Below, piece by piece: positions 32,037-41,229 of a DNA stretch of 64,000 bases. This DNA comes from a virus (taxonomy: Duplodnaviria > Heunggongvirae > Uroviricota > Caudoviricetes): IMG/VR virus record IMGVR_UViG_3300046047_000272; one strand, written 5' to 3'. The notes under the pieces are model-generated. The model saw only the letters and a list, made by a program, of their open reading frames with translations, did no database searches and was not told the origin of the DNA. The stretch's first letter is position 1, and each line of letters begins with the position of its first letter. A program made the position numbers and the translations under genes.

Positions 32037-32963
32037 ATGGTGAAATTACTGAAAGACGTTCAGGATGGAGACATCTTTGAGGGTGTAGCTCTGGTGCATC
32101 GAGTGTCTATTCGATCATCAAAGAACGGCGAGTATGCTATGGGGGTCATATCCCGTGCTGATGGTGATCTAGATATGAAGAAATGGCAGTGCGGCTCCCT
32201 GGAGGAGGGTGTGTACGATATTGAGGGCAGATGTCAGGTCTATAATGGCCTGAAAAGCATCATCGTCTCGTCACTGACACCAGTAGAAGCTAATCCAGAT
32301 GATTATCTCTACTCTCCATATGATCAGACACTCGACGCCTCCGTTTCAGCCTTCGTCAAGGACTTGCATCCTCAAGCCCGTGAACTCTTCAAATTGCTCC
32401 TAGGTGGCGGCGAGCGAGCACCGAAGCTCAACGCTGGATTCAAGCATGAATACGCGGCGTTATGGCATCATGACGCTTATCCTAAAGGCTTGCTTGCCCA
32501 CTCTTTCAAAGTTGGCCGACTAGCCAAGCAGATGCTCTCAGATCCCCTGTATGCCGGTTTGTACAAGATTGACGACGACATGAAGGACATCATTATCGTC
32601 TGCGCTCTCCTCCACGATCTTGGTAAGGCTTTAGAATACGATCATGGTGTTATCAGTCATGTGGGCAGGATGGTCAGTCATCGTACCTTGATGAGTGAGC
32701 GTCTCGCTCTCCTCAAGGATGACATCATTAGCCTGTATGACGAGGACGCCTACTGGGAGATGCATTCGATCTTCACGCAGCATCATGGCCAATATGAGGA
32801 GACACCACGAACAGTCGCGGCGTTCATCGTTCATCTAGTCGACGATTTCGATGCTAAGATGACTGATCTATCAACGATGATCCAGGATCCTGACCCTGAG
32901 GGCCAAATTACCATCAAGGAGCCATCACCAATGATGAAGCTGCTCTGTCCTCCAACGGACTAA
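32037..32963 (+). CDS. YhaM-like OB-fold plus HD-domain nuclease/phosphohydrolase
   Basis: N-terminal OB-like region; AA..HHDAY..GLL.H, LLHDLGK..EY, HHG..E, VH.VD..DAK. Confidence 0.88.
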   Translation: MVKLLKDVQDGDIFEGVALVHRVSIRSSKNGEYAMGVISRADGDLDMKKWQCGSLEEGVYDIEGRCQVYNGLKSIIVSSLTPVEANPDDYLYSPYDQTLDASVSAFVKDLHPQARELFKLLLGGGERAPKLNAGFKHEYAALWHHDAYPKGLLAHSFKVGRLAKQMLSDPLYAGLYKIDDDMKDIIIVCALLHDLGKALEYDHGVISHVGRMVSHRTLMSERLALLKDDIISLYDEDAYWEMHSIFTQHHGQYEETPRTVAAFIVHLVDDFDAKMTDLSTMIQDPDPEGQITIKEPSPMMKLLCPPTD

Positions 32964-32972
32964 GGATGCATC

Positions 32973-33830
32973 ATGAACATCAAGCATCAACTAGAGCATA
33001 ATCGATGGGAACGTCGTAGAGATCAAGAATTGCCAGGAATCATTGTTCCGAGGATACAGTCAACTATTCTGTCCTGCATTGAGGATCGATATCATGACTA
33101 TACGTCGTGCTCAGAAGACGTCTTAAAGGATGCATCAATCATCATTCCGTGCACTTATGTGTCTAACGATTATGATTGGGTGAACAAGCGTTTTTCGTCT
33201 ACATCGTATTCATATAAGGATAGTCAATATCGTATCAGCATTATTGATGCGATTCAACGTCATTATTGGAGTGACACAGGATGCATCCAATTCCTCATAT
33301 CATGTGGCATCTTCAACGCGTCAACTCAGAATTATAGATTTAATAAATCCACGCCAATCATCATTAATGGCGTCCAGGTACCTAATGCAACGATTAAAGA
33401 TTTTGTGATCTGCGACATCCCAATGACCAGAGACCCAGTTGAATCACTAATTACCGGTCTAGGCACCACGTCACCGGGAGGATACGCTCTCAGCACGCTC
33501 GTGGATACGATGCTCAATCTAAACGATCCTGAGATCACATGGTCATCTGAAGACGAATTGTCATATGCATGGTATGACACCAGCAAAGTGGATGTGATGA
33601 TGTACACTCACATGAGCATATTCGATATCATTGACACGTACTGGACGCTACAGGAATCCTTGGCGTGGATGCTAGCATATGGTCATGCGCAGTCCATCAG
33701 ATTAACGGTGAAGGATCATCATGATTGTCCATCGTGTCTTGAGATAACAGCTGACACCATTAATAGAGGCCTGCCATCGACCGTCACATCAACCAATGAT
33801 TTGATTGACTTGACCATGATCATGGTATAA
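32973..33830 (+). CDS. hypothetical protein
   Basis: 285 aa ORF directly after the previous gene. Confidence 0.7.
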   Translation: MNIKHQLEHNRWERRRDQELPGIIVPRIQSTILSCIEDRYHDYTSCSEDVLKDASIIIPCTYVSNDYDWVNKRFSSTSYSYKDSQYRISIIDAIQRHYWSDTGCIQFLISCGIFNASTQNYRFNKSTPIIINGVQVPNATIKDFVICDIPMTRDPVESLITGLGTTSPGGYALSTLVDTMLNLNDPEITWSSEDELSYAWYDTSKVDVMMYTHMSIFDIIDTYWTLQESLAWMLAYGHAQSIRLTVKDHHDCPSCLEITADTINRGLPSTVTSTNDLIDLTMIMV

Positions 33831-33872
33831 TCATACAGTAGAACCGATATTCAGTGACGGATCGACGTCCTT

Positions 33873-34003
33873 AGATCTAGTTAGGCTCAGAACATGAATC
33901 TTTACTCGTGTTCTGAGCCTATTCTGACTGGCGCTGAGCATAAAAGCCCTCAGATGATACGTTATACTAGACGAGACGAGCATCAGGATTAGACACGAGA
34001 TCT
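33873..34003 (+). repeat. 131-bp element C, copy 2 (loop inverted)
   Basis: Near-identical to 18148-18278 except that the 16-bp loop is the exact reverse complement. Confidence 0.95.
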
Positions 34004-34037
34004 ACAGTGATTGTGGCCAGTGTGATACACTTGACGT

Positions 34038-34418
34038 ATGGACACCATATCATCAGATCAAACGCATCATCAGAATGATCGTATTATCTCAGCGATACAG
34101 CGAGAGGCAAGCGAGCTATCCTCTGATGAGAGCATTATTGTGTACACGCCTACACAGCGCGTCATCATCATGAATCATCGTGGAGAGCCATTAGGTGACC
34201 CATCTCATGGATACACTGACGGATCTAGGATCGACTATCTCAGACCGGTAGCGTCATTGGATGACGCGGAGAACATTCTTGGTCAAGACGACGGTGATCT
34301 AAGCGATCTTGAGGACATCCTTAATGAGGAGTATGGCTTGTACACGATCAGTGACGACTGGGAGGAATTGACTGGTCTCGATAACTGGTTGTTCATGCGG
34401 GTAGGCGTCATATCGTAA
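34038..34418 (+). CDS. hypothetical protein
   Basis: 126 aa acidic ORF, possibly leaderless. Confidence 0.6.
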   Translation: MDTISSDQTHHQNDRIISAIQREASELSSDESIIVYTPTQRVIIMNHRGEPLGDPSHGYTDGSRIDYLRPVASLDDAENILGQDDGDLSDLEDILNEEYGLYTISDDWEELTGLDNWLFMRVGVIS

Positions 34419-34472
34419 GTCATCATCATTGTCCTGTTAGATGATGGATAAGAGTGGAATAGAGGAGGACTT

Positions 34473-35870
34473 ATGGCCTATGTTGTCGTTGATGGCGTCG
34501 TGAAGACTTGCCGAGCACGCGATCCTCAGCATTGTCAATATCATGGTGAACAGACGCCACATTACACGTCCCTACAAGAGGCAGATCATGCTGCGGAGGA
34601 GATGGCCTCAGATCAGCATCGATATGGCTGCCAAGCCCAGGAGTACACCATGGCTATTCCCGCTGATTATGATCGACCTATTCGAGATCTCTCAAGAGTA
34701 GGATTACCGTTAGTCGTTGGTGGCGCGGTGAGGGATTCCTTCCTTCATGCTGATAATAAGGACATTGATTTAGAGGTGTACCATGTTGACATGGATGACA
34801 TGATCGCCTATTTGAAGTCTAAGGATTATCAGGTCAATGAGGTCGGTAAACGATTCGGTGTGTTGAAGGTCACGGGTAATGGTGTTCATGACCTCGATGT
34901 AGCTGTGCCTAGAAGTGAGAATAAGGTGTCCGCGGGTCATCGTGGCTTCCATGTGCAGACGGATACGAATATGACGGTTCCAGAAGCTGCTTCTCGTCGA
35001 GATTACACGATTAACGCCATGGCCTACGATCCGGTGCGTCATCGTCTCATTGATCCGTATCATGGGGCACAGGATATGACGCGTCATGTCCTCAGAGCTG
35101 TTGGTGACAAGTTCTCGGAGGATCCATTACGCGTGCTCCGTGGCTTCCAGATCGCTTCACGATTCGATCTTGCCATGGATTCGGACACGATTGACATGTG
35201 TGCAGGACTCCACTCGGCCGCCCATCAGTTATCATCTGAACGTATTCGCGAGGAGTGGAAGAAGTTCTATAAGCGATCAGTGAATCCCCTTGCTGGATTG
35301 CAGGTCCTGCGATCAACTGGATGGGACGACACGGCCCCCGGACTGCGAGACGCCCTATCATCACGTCACGCTGACGAGCAGGTCCTGAGAGCATGGTCAA
35401 CATCATCGTCACCAACTATTAGAGCGGCAGTTATTGGCCAACTCATGGATCAGCATGACGCCCATGATTTCTACAGGCTGACGTTACCTGATTACGATAC
35501 GGCTAAAGTTGCGTTCAGACTATCCAATACTCACGCTGAGGATCTTACTCGTCAGGCTGATCGTAGGGAGTGGTCATGGTCGAATGAGAAGAGGGGTCTG
35601 AACCTATCCATGGTGCACGATTACGCGAAGGCTATCGGTGATCAGCGACTGGCTGCTGAGGCAGCCCTCGATCATGGCGTGATTCAGCCACTGATTACCG
35701 GCGATGATATTATGGCTTCATCTTCAAAGCCAGCTGGCCGATGGGTGAAGAATCTTCTTGATGATCTGCGTCATGATCAGTATGCTGGTGCATTCCATGA
35801 TCGTGAATCAGCTCTGCAGGCCATGCAGCATAAGCTTCGCTCTGCAGGCCAGACTGATCCTCAGGACTGA
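34473..35870 (+). CDS. CCA-adding enzyme / tRNA nucleotidyltransferase
   Basis: VVGGAVRD, KDIDLEV, VGKRFGV, RRDYTINAMA, DPYHG..D, FSEDPLRVLR, S.ERI..EW.K. Confidence 0.92.
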   Translation: MAYVVVDGVVKTCRARDPQHCQYHGEQTPHYTSLQEADHAAEEMASDQHRYGCQAQEYTMAIPADYDRPIRDLSRVGLPLVVGGAVRDSFLHADNKDIDLEVYHVDMDDMIAYLKSKDYQVNEVGKRFGVLKVTGNGVHDLDVAVPRSENKVSAGHRGFHVQTDTNMTVPEAASRRDYTINAMAYDPVRHRLIDPYHGAQDMTRHVLRAVGDKFSEDPLRVLRGFQIASRFDLAMDSDTIDMCAGLHSAAHQLSSERIREEWKKFYKRSVNPLAGLQVLRSTGWDDTAPGLRDALSSRHADEQVLRAWSTSSSPTIRAAVIGQLMDQHDAHDFYRLTLPDYDTAKVAFRLSNTHAEDLTRQADRREWSWSNEKRGLNLSMVHDYAKAIGDQRLAAEAALDHGVIQPLITGDDIMASSSKPAGRWVKNLLDDLRHDQYAGAFHDRESALQAMQHKLRSAGQTDPQD

Positions 35871-35919
35871 CAGGCGTGTCTAAGTCCCCCCATGATGATA
35901 CGATAATCATATATAAGGA

Positions 35920-36486
35920 ATGAAAGGACATATGATGAGTATCATGACGCGGAAGAGCCAATCATCTGGTGACCTGTCCACAGGACGCCCAATCGTGTAC
36001 TTCGATCTTGATGACACACTGGCTGATTTCACGACCGCGGAGGACCATCTTCGTAAGAGTGGATTAATTACCCCCGATGAACGCCCAGATCGATGGTCGC
36101 ATATCTACGCGATACTGCAGCCAATGCCTGGTGCCATTGAGGCCGTCAGGCAGATCAGCCAACACTATGATTGCTTCATTGCGTCGACGAGTCCATGGCT
36201 GAACGATGAGGCTCTATCGGATAAACTTCTCTGGGTGCAGCATTGGTTTGGTGGTGATGGTCCTGAGAATCCCTTCTATAAGCATGTGGTCTTCACTCAT
36301 CGTAAAGATCTCCTCATTGGTGAGGCTCTTATCGATGATTGGCCCGCCCATGGAGCTGACCATTTTCACGGATTGAAGATCGTCTTTGGCTCGGAGGATA
36401 CGCCAGATTGGGATAGTGTGCTCAGGGTGCTCTCTGATCGGCTTCCAGCATTGCGGAGTCAAGCCGCGGATCGGGAGCGTTACTAG
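35920..36486 (+). CDS. 5'(3')-deoxyribonucleotidase (HAD family)
   Basis: YFDLDDTLADF, PMPGA.EA, STSPW, K..WV...F, HRKDLL.G..LIDD. Confidence 0.9.
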   Translation: MKGHMMSIMTRKSQSSGDLSTGRPIVYFDLDDTLADFTTAEDHLRKSGLITPDERPDRWSHIYAILQPMPGAIEAVRQISQHYDCFIASTSPWLNDEALSDKLLWVQHWFGGDGPENPFYKHVVFTHRKDLLIGEALIDDWPAHGADHFHGLKIVFGSEDTPDWDSVLRVLSDRLPALRSQAADRERY

Positions 36487-36497
36487 TATCGATAGCC

Positions 36498-36526
36498 GCG
36501 TGTTGGACAGACACTGATGTTATAAT
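36498..36526 (+). promoter_or_regulatory. GCGTGTT-N16-TATAAT promoter of fba-tpiA
   Basis: Motif 36498-36504, TATAAT 36521-36526. Confidence 0.6.
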
Positions 36527-36565
36527 AGCGTTATAATATCAAGTTGTGGATAGGAAGGGATCATC

Positions 36566-37477
36566 ATGAAGAATTTTGTTAATGCGCAGGATATGGTTGG
36601 CCAAGCAGCTGACCGTGGAGAAGCTATTGGTGCGTTCAATGTGAACAATATGGAGTGGGCGCAGGCGATCATCCGTGGATCTGTGCAGGCCAATCGTCCT
36701 GTCATCATGCAGGTGTCTATGGGCGCAGCCGAGTATATGGGAGGCTATGAGGCCGCGTATGGTATGATTGACTCGCTCATCTCATCGTGGAAACGCCATA
36801 AGGTCATCCCCGAGGATTGGGTGACGGTTCTTCATGCAGATCATGCTGACTACGATCATGCATTGGAGGCCATTGATGCTGGATTCACCAGCGTGATGTT
36901 CGATGGATCGAGTCTCCCTATTGAGAAGAATCTGATGCTCACTAACTGCATCATCCCACTTGCCCATGCCAGGCATTGCACGGTCGAATCAGAGGTTGGC
37001 AGCATTGGAGGCAGTGAAGATGGCATCTATGGCGATGGTGAGATCTCGCCCATCGAGGACGTGCTGACCATGGCTAATATCCATCCTGATATGATGGCCA
37101 TTGGCATTGGTAACATCCATGGTCCATATCCTGAGAACTGGACTGGTCTGAACTTCGAGTATCTCGCCCAGGTGAACGATGCTCTGAAACAGCGATTTGG
37201 CGTGGTTCCGCCACTGGTGCTCCATGGAGGATCTGGCATCCCTCGTGAGCAGGTTGATCGAGCGATCACTGAGGGCATCGCGAAGGTCAATGTGAACACG
37301 GAGTTGCAGCTGGCCTTCTACCACGCTCTTCGTGATGGCGTGACCACCCTGCCATCTGAGGATAAGGTCACGGCTGATAAGCTCTTTGATCCGAGGAAAC
37401 TGTTGAAGACGCCTACTCAGGCTATGCAGGACACGGTGGTTGAGTTGAGCGAGCAATTTGCCCCTAAGGGCAAGTGA
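36566..37477 (+). CDS. fba: class II fructose-bisphosphate aldolase
   Basis: GAFNVNNMEW, HADH, SVMFDGS, E.EVG.IGG.EDG, GIGNIHGPYP, VLHGGSG, KVNVNTE, FDPRK. Confidence 0.95.
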   Translation: MKNFVNAQDMVGQAADRGEAIGAFNVNNMEWAQAIIRGSVQANRPVIMQVSMGAAEYMGGYEAAYGMIDSLISSWKRHKVIPEDWVTVLHADHADYDHALEAIDAGFTSVMFDGSSLPIEKNLMLTNCIIPLAHARHCTVESEVGSIGGSEDGIYGDGEISPIEDVLTMANIHPDMMAIGIGNIHGPYPENWTGLNFEYLAQVNDALKQRFGVVPPLVLHGGSGIPREQVDRAITEGIAKVNVNTELQLAFYHALRDGVTTLPSEDKVTADKLFDPRKLLKTPTQAMQDTVVELSEQFAPKGK

Positions 37478-37499
37478 CTCATGGCATAGGAGGTGCATC

Positions 37500-38273
37500 A
37501 TGCGTCGTCGTAGGATCGTTATTGGCAATTGGAAGATGAATCTTGACCATACTCAGGCGAGGATTCTTCTGCATGACATCAAACCGTCGGTGAAGCGGTT
37601 AGATGGACTTGATGTGATGGTTCTACCATCATTCACGGCTATTCATTCGGTGTGTCAGTATCTTCGTAAGCATCATATTCCCATGATGTTCGGTGCGCAG
37701 AATGTCTCTGATACGGACGGTGGATCGTACACGGGTGATGTCAGCGCGTCGATGCTCAGATCACTTGGCTGCTCGGCGGTTCTGATTGGTCATTCTGAGC
37801 GTCGTATGCATCATCATGAGGACAATGCTTGCCTGACCCGTAAGCTGCAAACGACGCTCTCGGAGAATCTCACGCCCATTTTCTGCATCGGCGAGTCAGC
37901 TGAGGCCTACGAGCAGGGTCAGACCGAGCAGACGATTATCAGCCAGCTGTCTGTGCTCGATCAGTGCTCTAATGCTGAGGTCGCGGACATGATTATCGGC
38001 TATGAGCCGGTATGGGCTATTGGCAGTGGATCGACACCATCGGTTGAGGACATCGGAAACATTGCTAGGAGCATCCGAGAGTATATACGATCAACACGAG
38101 GAAAGGACGTGGCGAAGACCATCAGAATCGTGTATGGTGGATCGGTGAACATGTGGAATGCTGCTGAACTCTCCTCCATTGATAATCTTGATGGATTCCT
38201 CGTCGGTGACGCATCATTGCAGGCCGACACCTTCCTACCGATTATCTCGTCGTTGCACGCATCAAAACAGTAA
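37500..38273 (+). CDS. tpiA: triosephosphate isomerase
   Basis: GNWKMN, GAQNV, YTGDVS, GHSERR, CIGE, YEPVWAIG, YGGSV. Confidence 0.95.
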   Translation: MRRRRIVIGNWKMNLDHTQARILLHDIKPSVKRLDGLDVMVLPSFTAIHSVCQYLRKHHIPMMFGAQNVSDTDGGSYTGDVSASMLRSLGCSAVLIGHSERRMHHHEDNACLTRKLQTTLSENLTPIFCIGESAEAYEQGQTEQTIISQLSVLDQCSNAEVADMIIGYEPVWAIGSGSTPSVEDIGNIARSIREYIRSTRGKDVAKTIRIVYGGSVNMWNAAELSSIDNLDGFLVGDASLQADTFLPIISSLHASKQ

Positions 38274-38292
38274 TTATATTAAGGAGCATACT

Positions 38293-38490
38293 ATGGCTAA
38301 ATCGTCTTTTGAAGAACGAATGAGGGCATATGGCCTAGGATCAATGAGATGGCCGTGGCCTGATCCTAATGAAACCCGCTGGACGAGTCTTAGGACATGG
38401 CTGACGAATCATCCTGATGCATCAGCTGAGGACGTCATCAAGCGTATGGACAATGACAATCCTGGCTCCATCAGAACATCGACGATATGA
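38293..38490 (+). CDS. hypothetical protein
   Basis: AAGGAG RBS, 65 aa. Confidence 0.55.
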   Translation: MAKSSFEERMRAYGLGSMRWPWPDPNETRWTSLRTWLTNHPDASAEDVIKRMDNDNPGSIRTSTI

Positions 38491-38558
38491 CGCAACGACA
38501 TCATATCGTCTGTATGATGGATGATGGTCAAGCATCACTAGAGTGATTGCATGACCTG

Positions 38559-38641
38559 CAGAACCGCCGGTCTAACTGATGTGGACTCACGGCTGACACG
38601 ATTATAGGTGGAATGTCATGGGTCCGAGGACGGCGGCTTAG
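38559..38641 (+). repeat. solo module A (locus 4)
   Basis: cagaaccgccggtctaac...tccgaggacggcggcttag with a diverged middle and the same 73-bp span. Confidence 0.85.
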
Positions 38642-38654
38642 ACGCCGTGTTAGA

Positions 38655-39029
38655 CTATTTCTCAGTATGATCAGTAAGATGTACCTCATAATTCCTGGCG
38701 ATGTCTTCTAATCCTATGCGCTTGATGGTGAAGAACTGCTCATCGTATAGCCGATAGAGGACCTCTAGTCCTGGTTGGCCATAGTCGAATCTGATCTTGC
38801 CCGCGATAGTGTCGAGTCTAATGCGGCCCTGTTGGACGCATGATGTGATCGTATCGCGAACACGATCCTCTAATGTCGGCTTCGGTGGCTGATCCCTGGC
38901 CATCCATCCAGCTGTGAACGCCGCTCGAATCATATCCATGAACTCCTCCGGATCTACTGGCATGTCATGATCTGGCTGATATGATTGAGCCTCGGTCATC
39001 ATGCGCTGATGATCATCAGATGAACACAT
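38655..39029 (-). CDS. hypothetical protein
   Basis: AAGGAG RBS before ATG 39029. Confidence 0.65.
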   Translation of the reverse strand: MCSSDDHQRMMTEAQSYQPDHDMPVDPEEFMDMIRAAFTAGWMARDQPPKPTLEDRVRDTITSCVQQGRIRLDTIAGKIRFDYGQPGLEVLYRLYDEQFFTIKRIGLEDIARNYEVHLTDHTEK

Positions 39030-39377
39030 TGCGATCTCCTTGATTGGTTGACTTTCCATATTCCCAAGCCATTGATAATACATCCCTCAACGATGCCGTC
39101 AATGATTGTAGATGCGTGTCTAATTGATGATGTCCAGACCACTGGGCGACTTGCTCATAATGAACATTATACCAATATATGATAGGCGTCACATCTTATC
39201 GTCCTCGCTGTTCCGATAACACACCAACCATGTCGATGTAATCTGAGACGACCTTCGAGGCGGCGTCTGAACGTCGATTGGTCATGACGATCTTACTAGT
39301 TGTTGATGTCATGATCTGATGATAGGATAGTAATCATCATAAGGAATACAAGGGGATATGATCTAGAAAGGATCATT

Positions 39378-40589
39378 ATGAGTGGAGCACCTCAGGTTGT
39401 GGTTGGATTAGGTTATGGGGATGAGGGTAAGGGCATGACCACGGCGTTCCTTGCAGAGGAACGCTCTCGGCGGGGAGGCCAGCCATTAGTCGTGCGATGG
39501 AATGGTGGCCCACAGGCTGCCCACAATGTCCGCATCAGAGGTCAACATCACACGTTCTCACAGTTCGGCAGTGGATCGTTCAGTGGCGCTGGCACGCTCC
39601 TATCAGGAAAAATGCTGGTCAGCCCATTCGCCTTGATGAGTGAGGCCGCTGATCTCATGGATCTTGGTCTGCGTCCGCTGACCAATCTGATGATTGATCG
39701 TAGCGCGCCATTGCTCCTACCAGTCCACGCGACGGTGAATCAGGAACTCGAACGGTCTAGGGGATCTAAGAGACACGGCTCTGTTGGCATTGGCGTCGGC
39801 ATTGCCAGATCCTATGAGGAAGACATGGATGATGCCGGGCAGAGGAGCCTTGTCCCACGTGTAGACGATCTGTCCGATCCATTCACCCTAGCCGATAAGA
39901 TCAGTGATATGATCACCTGGCTTCAAGATCGATTCCATGTGCAACTGATCATGCCATTGAGCGAGGTCAGACGCCTGGCGACGAGTCTGCACACGGTGTA
40001 CGATGATCTCATGGCGTCTGGTGTGATCATCACATCGACAGGCAACGTGCTCTATGAGAGGAGGCATCAGGCAGAGGATCTCATCTTCGAGGGATCCCAG
40101 GGTGTGATGCTGGATCTTCGCTACGGATACTTTCCTCATGTCACCTATGGCTGGATGCTGCCGGATGACGTCATGAGCTATGCGCACATGGCTGAGCTTC
40201 CGAAGCCATCAGTCATTGGCTGTACGAGGACCTATTCGACGAGGCATGGATTTGGACCATTCCCACCAGAAGGCAGTTACGATGTGGAGGAGCCTGATAA
40301 TGCTACTGGTGTCTGGCAGGGCGCGTTCAGGACGGGCGTCCTCGATATCGGCACCTTAGCGTACACGGCTAATCTTCTGACACCAGATGCTATCAGCGTA
40401 TCATGCATGGACTTGTATCCAGGTCGCGTGATTACTCACTATGAGGACATGCATGATGGCGGGATGGGCAAGCCAATCCAGGAGTCAGCCACATTAGAGG
40501 AGACCCTGCACATGATCGAGGAAGCGAGTAAGGCGCCAATCATCATAGGGGGTCATGGTAAGACCATTGAGGACTGGAAGCGAATCTGA
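39378..40589 (+). CDS. divergent adenylosuccinate synthetase-like (PurA family) protein
   Basis: GLGYGDEGKG, R.NGG.QAAH, FEGSQG..LD..YG.FP.VT, Y.TRHG.GPFP, R.G.LD. Confidence 0.88.
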   Translation: MSGAPQVVVGLGYGDEGKGMTTAFLAEERSRRGGQPLVVRWNGGPQAAHNVRIRGQHHTFSQFGSGSFSGAGTLLSGKMLVSPFALMSEAADLMDLGLRPLTNLMIDRSAPLLLPVHATVNQELERSRGSKRHGSVGIGVGIARSYEEDMDDAGQRSLVPRVDDLSDPFTLADKISDMITWLQDRFHVQLIMPLSEVRRLATSLHTVYDDLMASGVIITSTGNVLYERRHQAEDLIFEGSQGVMLDLRYGYFPHVTYGWMLPDDVMSYAHMAELPKPSVIGCTRTYSTRHGFGPFPPEGSYDVEEPDNATGVWQGAFRTGVLDIGTLAYTANLLTPDAISVSCMDLYPGRVITHYEDMHDGGMGKPIQESATLEETLHMIEEASKAPIIIGGHGKTIEDWKRI

Positions 40590-40654
40590 CGCGTGGACAG
40601 GGAGAAGGTCGTCGTACGAGTAGATAACCGCTAGATCAAGCGAGAACCTTATCA

Positions 40655-41075
40655 GGACAGCCATTCAGGAGTGGATAGGCTCTGTGGAACCAGTGGAGAA
40701 CATCATATTCTAGCGTGCAGGATGCATCTACGAGAACCGCGGCACTGCAACGATAGAGCGTGTGCACGAGGAAGCATATCCTAGGAATACGCTCTGCAGG
40801 AGCGCCCGGGTCGGGACTGGCGTTGCCCACACCCTCATGCTCACAAAACCCTGCCGAGCCAACGAGTGGCCTGGAGCGTGCTGATCACCATTAATATGCT
40901 GGAGTCTCACGGTTTCTCCCTCATGGCGGTCATGCTCATCATGCAGCTCATCGTATAAAATCAGAATACAAACCTACCATTAGACGTGATGCTACGCCGC
41001 CGTCCTCGGACGCTGCCATGAGGATCAGTAAATTATACTAGTACTGGGTCCGCGTCCGATAGACCGGCGGTTCTG
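40655..41075 (-). repeat. A/B modular repeat locus 5: A-linker-B
   Basis: Reverse-complement A at 40997-41075 and B starting at 40804. Confidence 0.93.
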
Positions 41076-41229
41076 TGCCTTCTAATAATGGCCTATCCAC
41101 GGCCATCATTGTCAGCAGGTCATCATATGGATGATGATCACGCCGGTGACACTCCTCATGACTCTTTGTTAAGTACCATCATTGATGATACGATGTCATG
41201 CAATATGGATTGAAGGAGGTGTCTATTTC

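Noticed and set aside
36989-37528. Long antisense or alternate-frame ORFs (e.g. 36989, 51901, 24636, 1105)
   Set aside because: They overlap well-supported genes or repeats, have no motifs and are explained by the compositional bias.
39378-40589. PurZ / Z-genome pathway
   Set aside because: Retains the GDEGKG Asp of PurA, and the HD protein is YhaM-like rather than DatZ-like.
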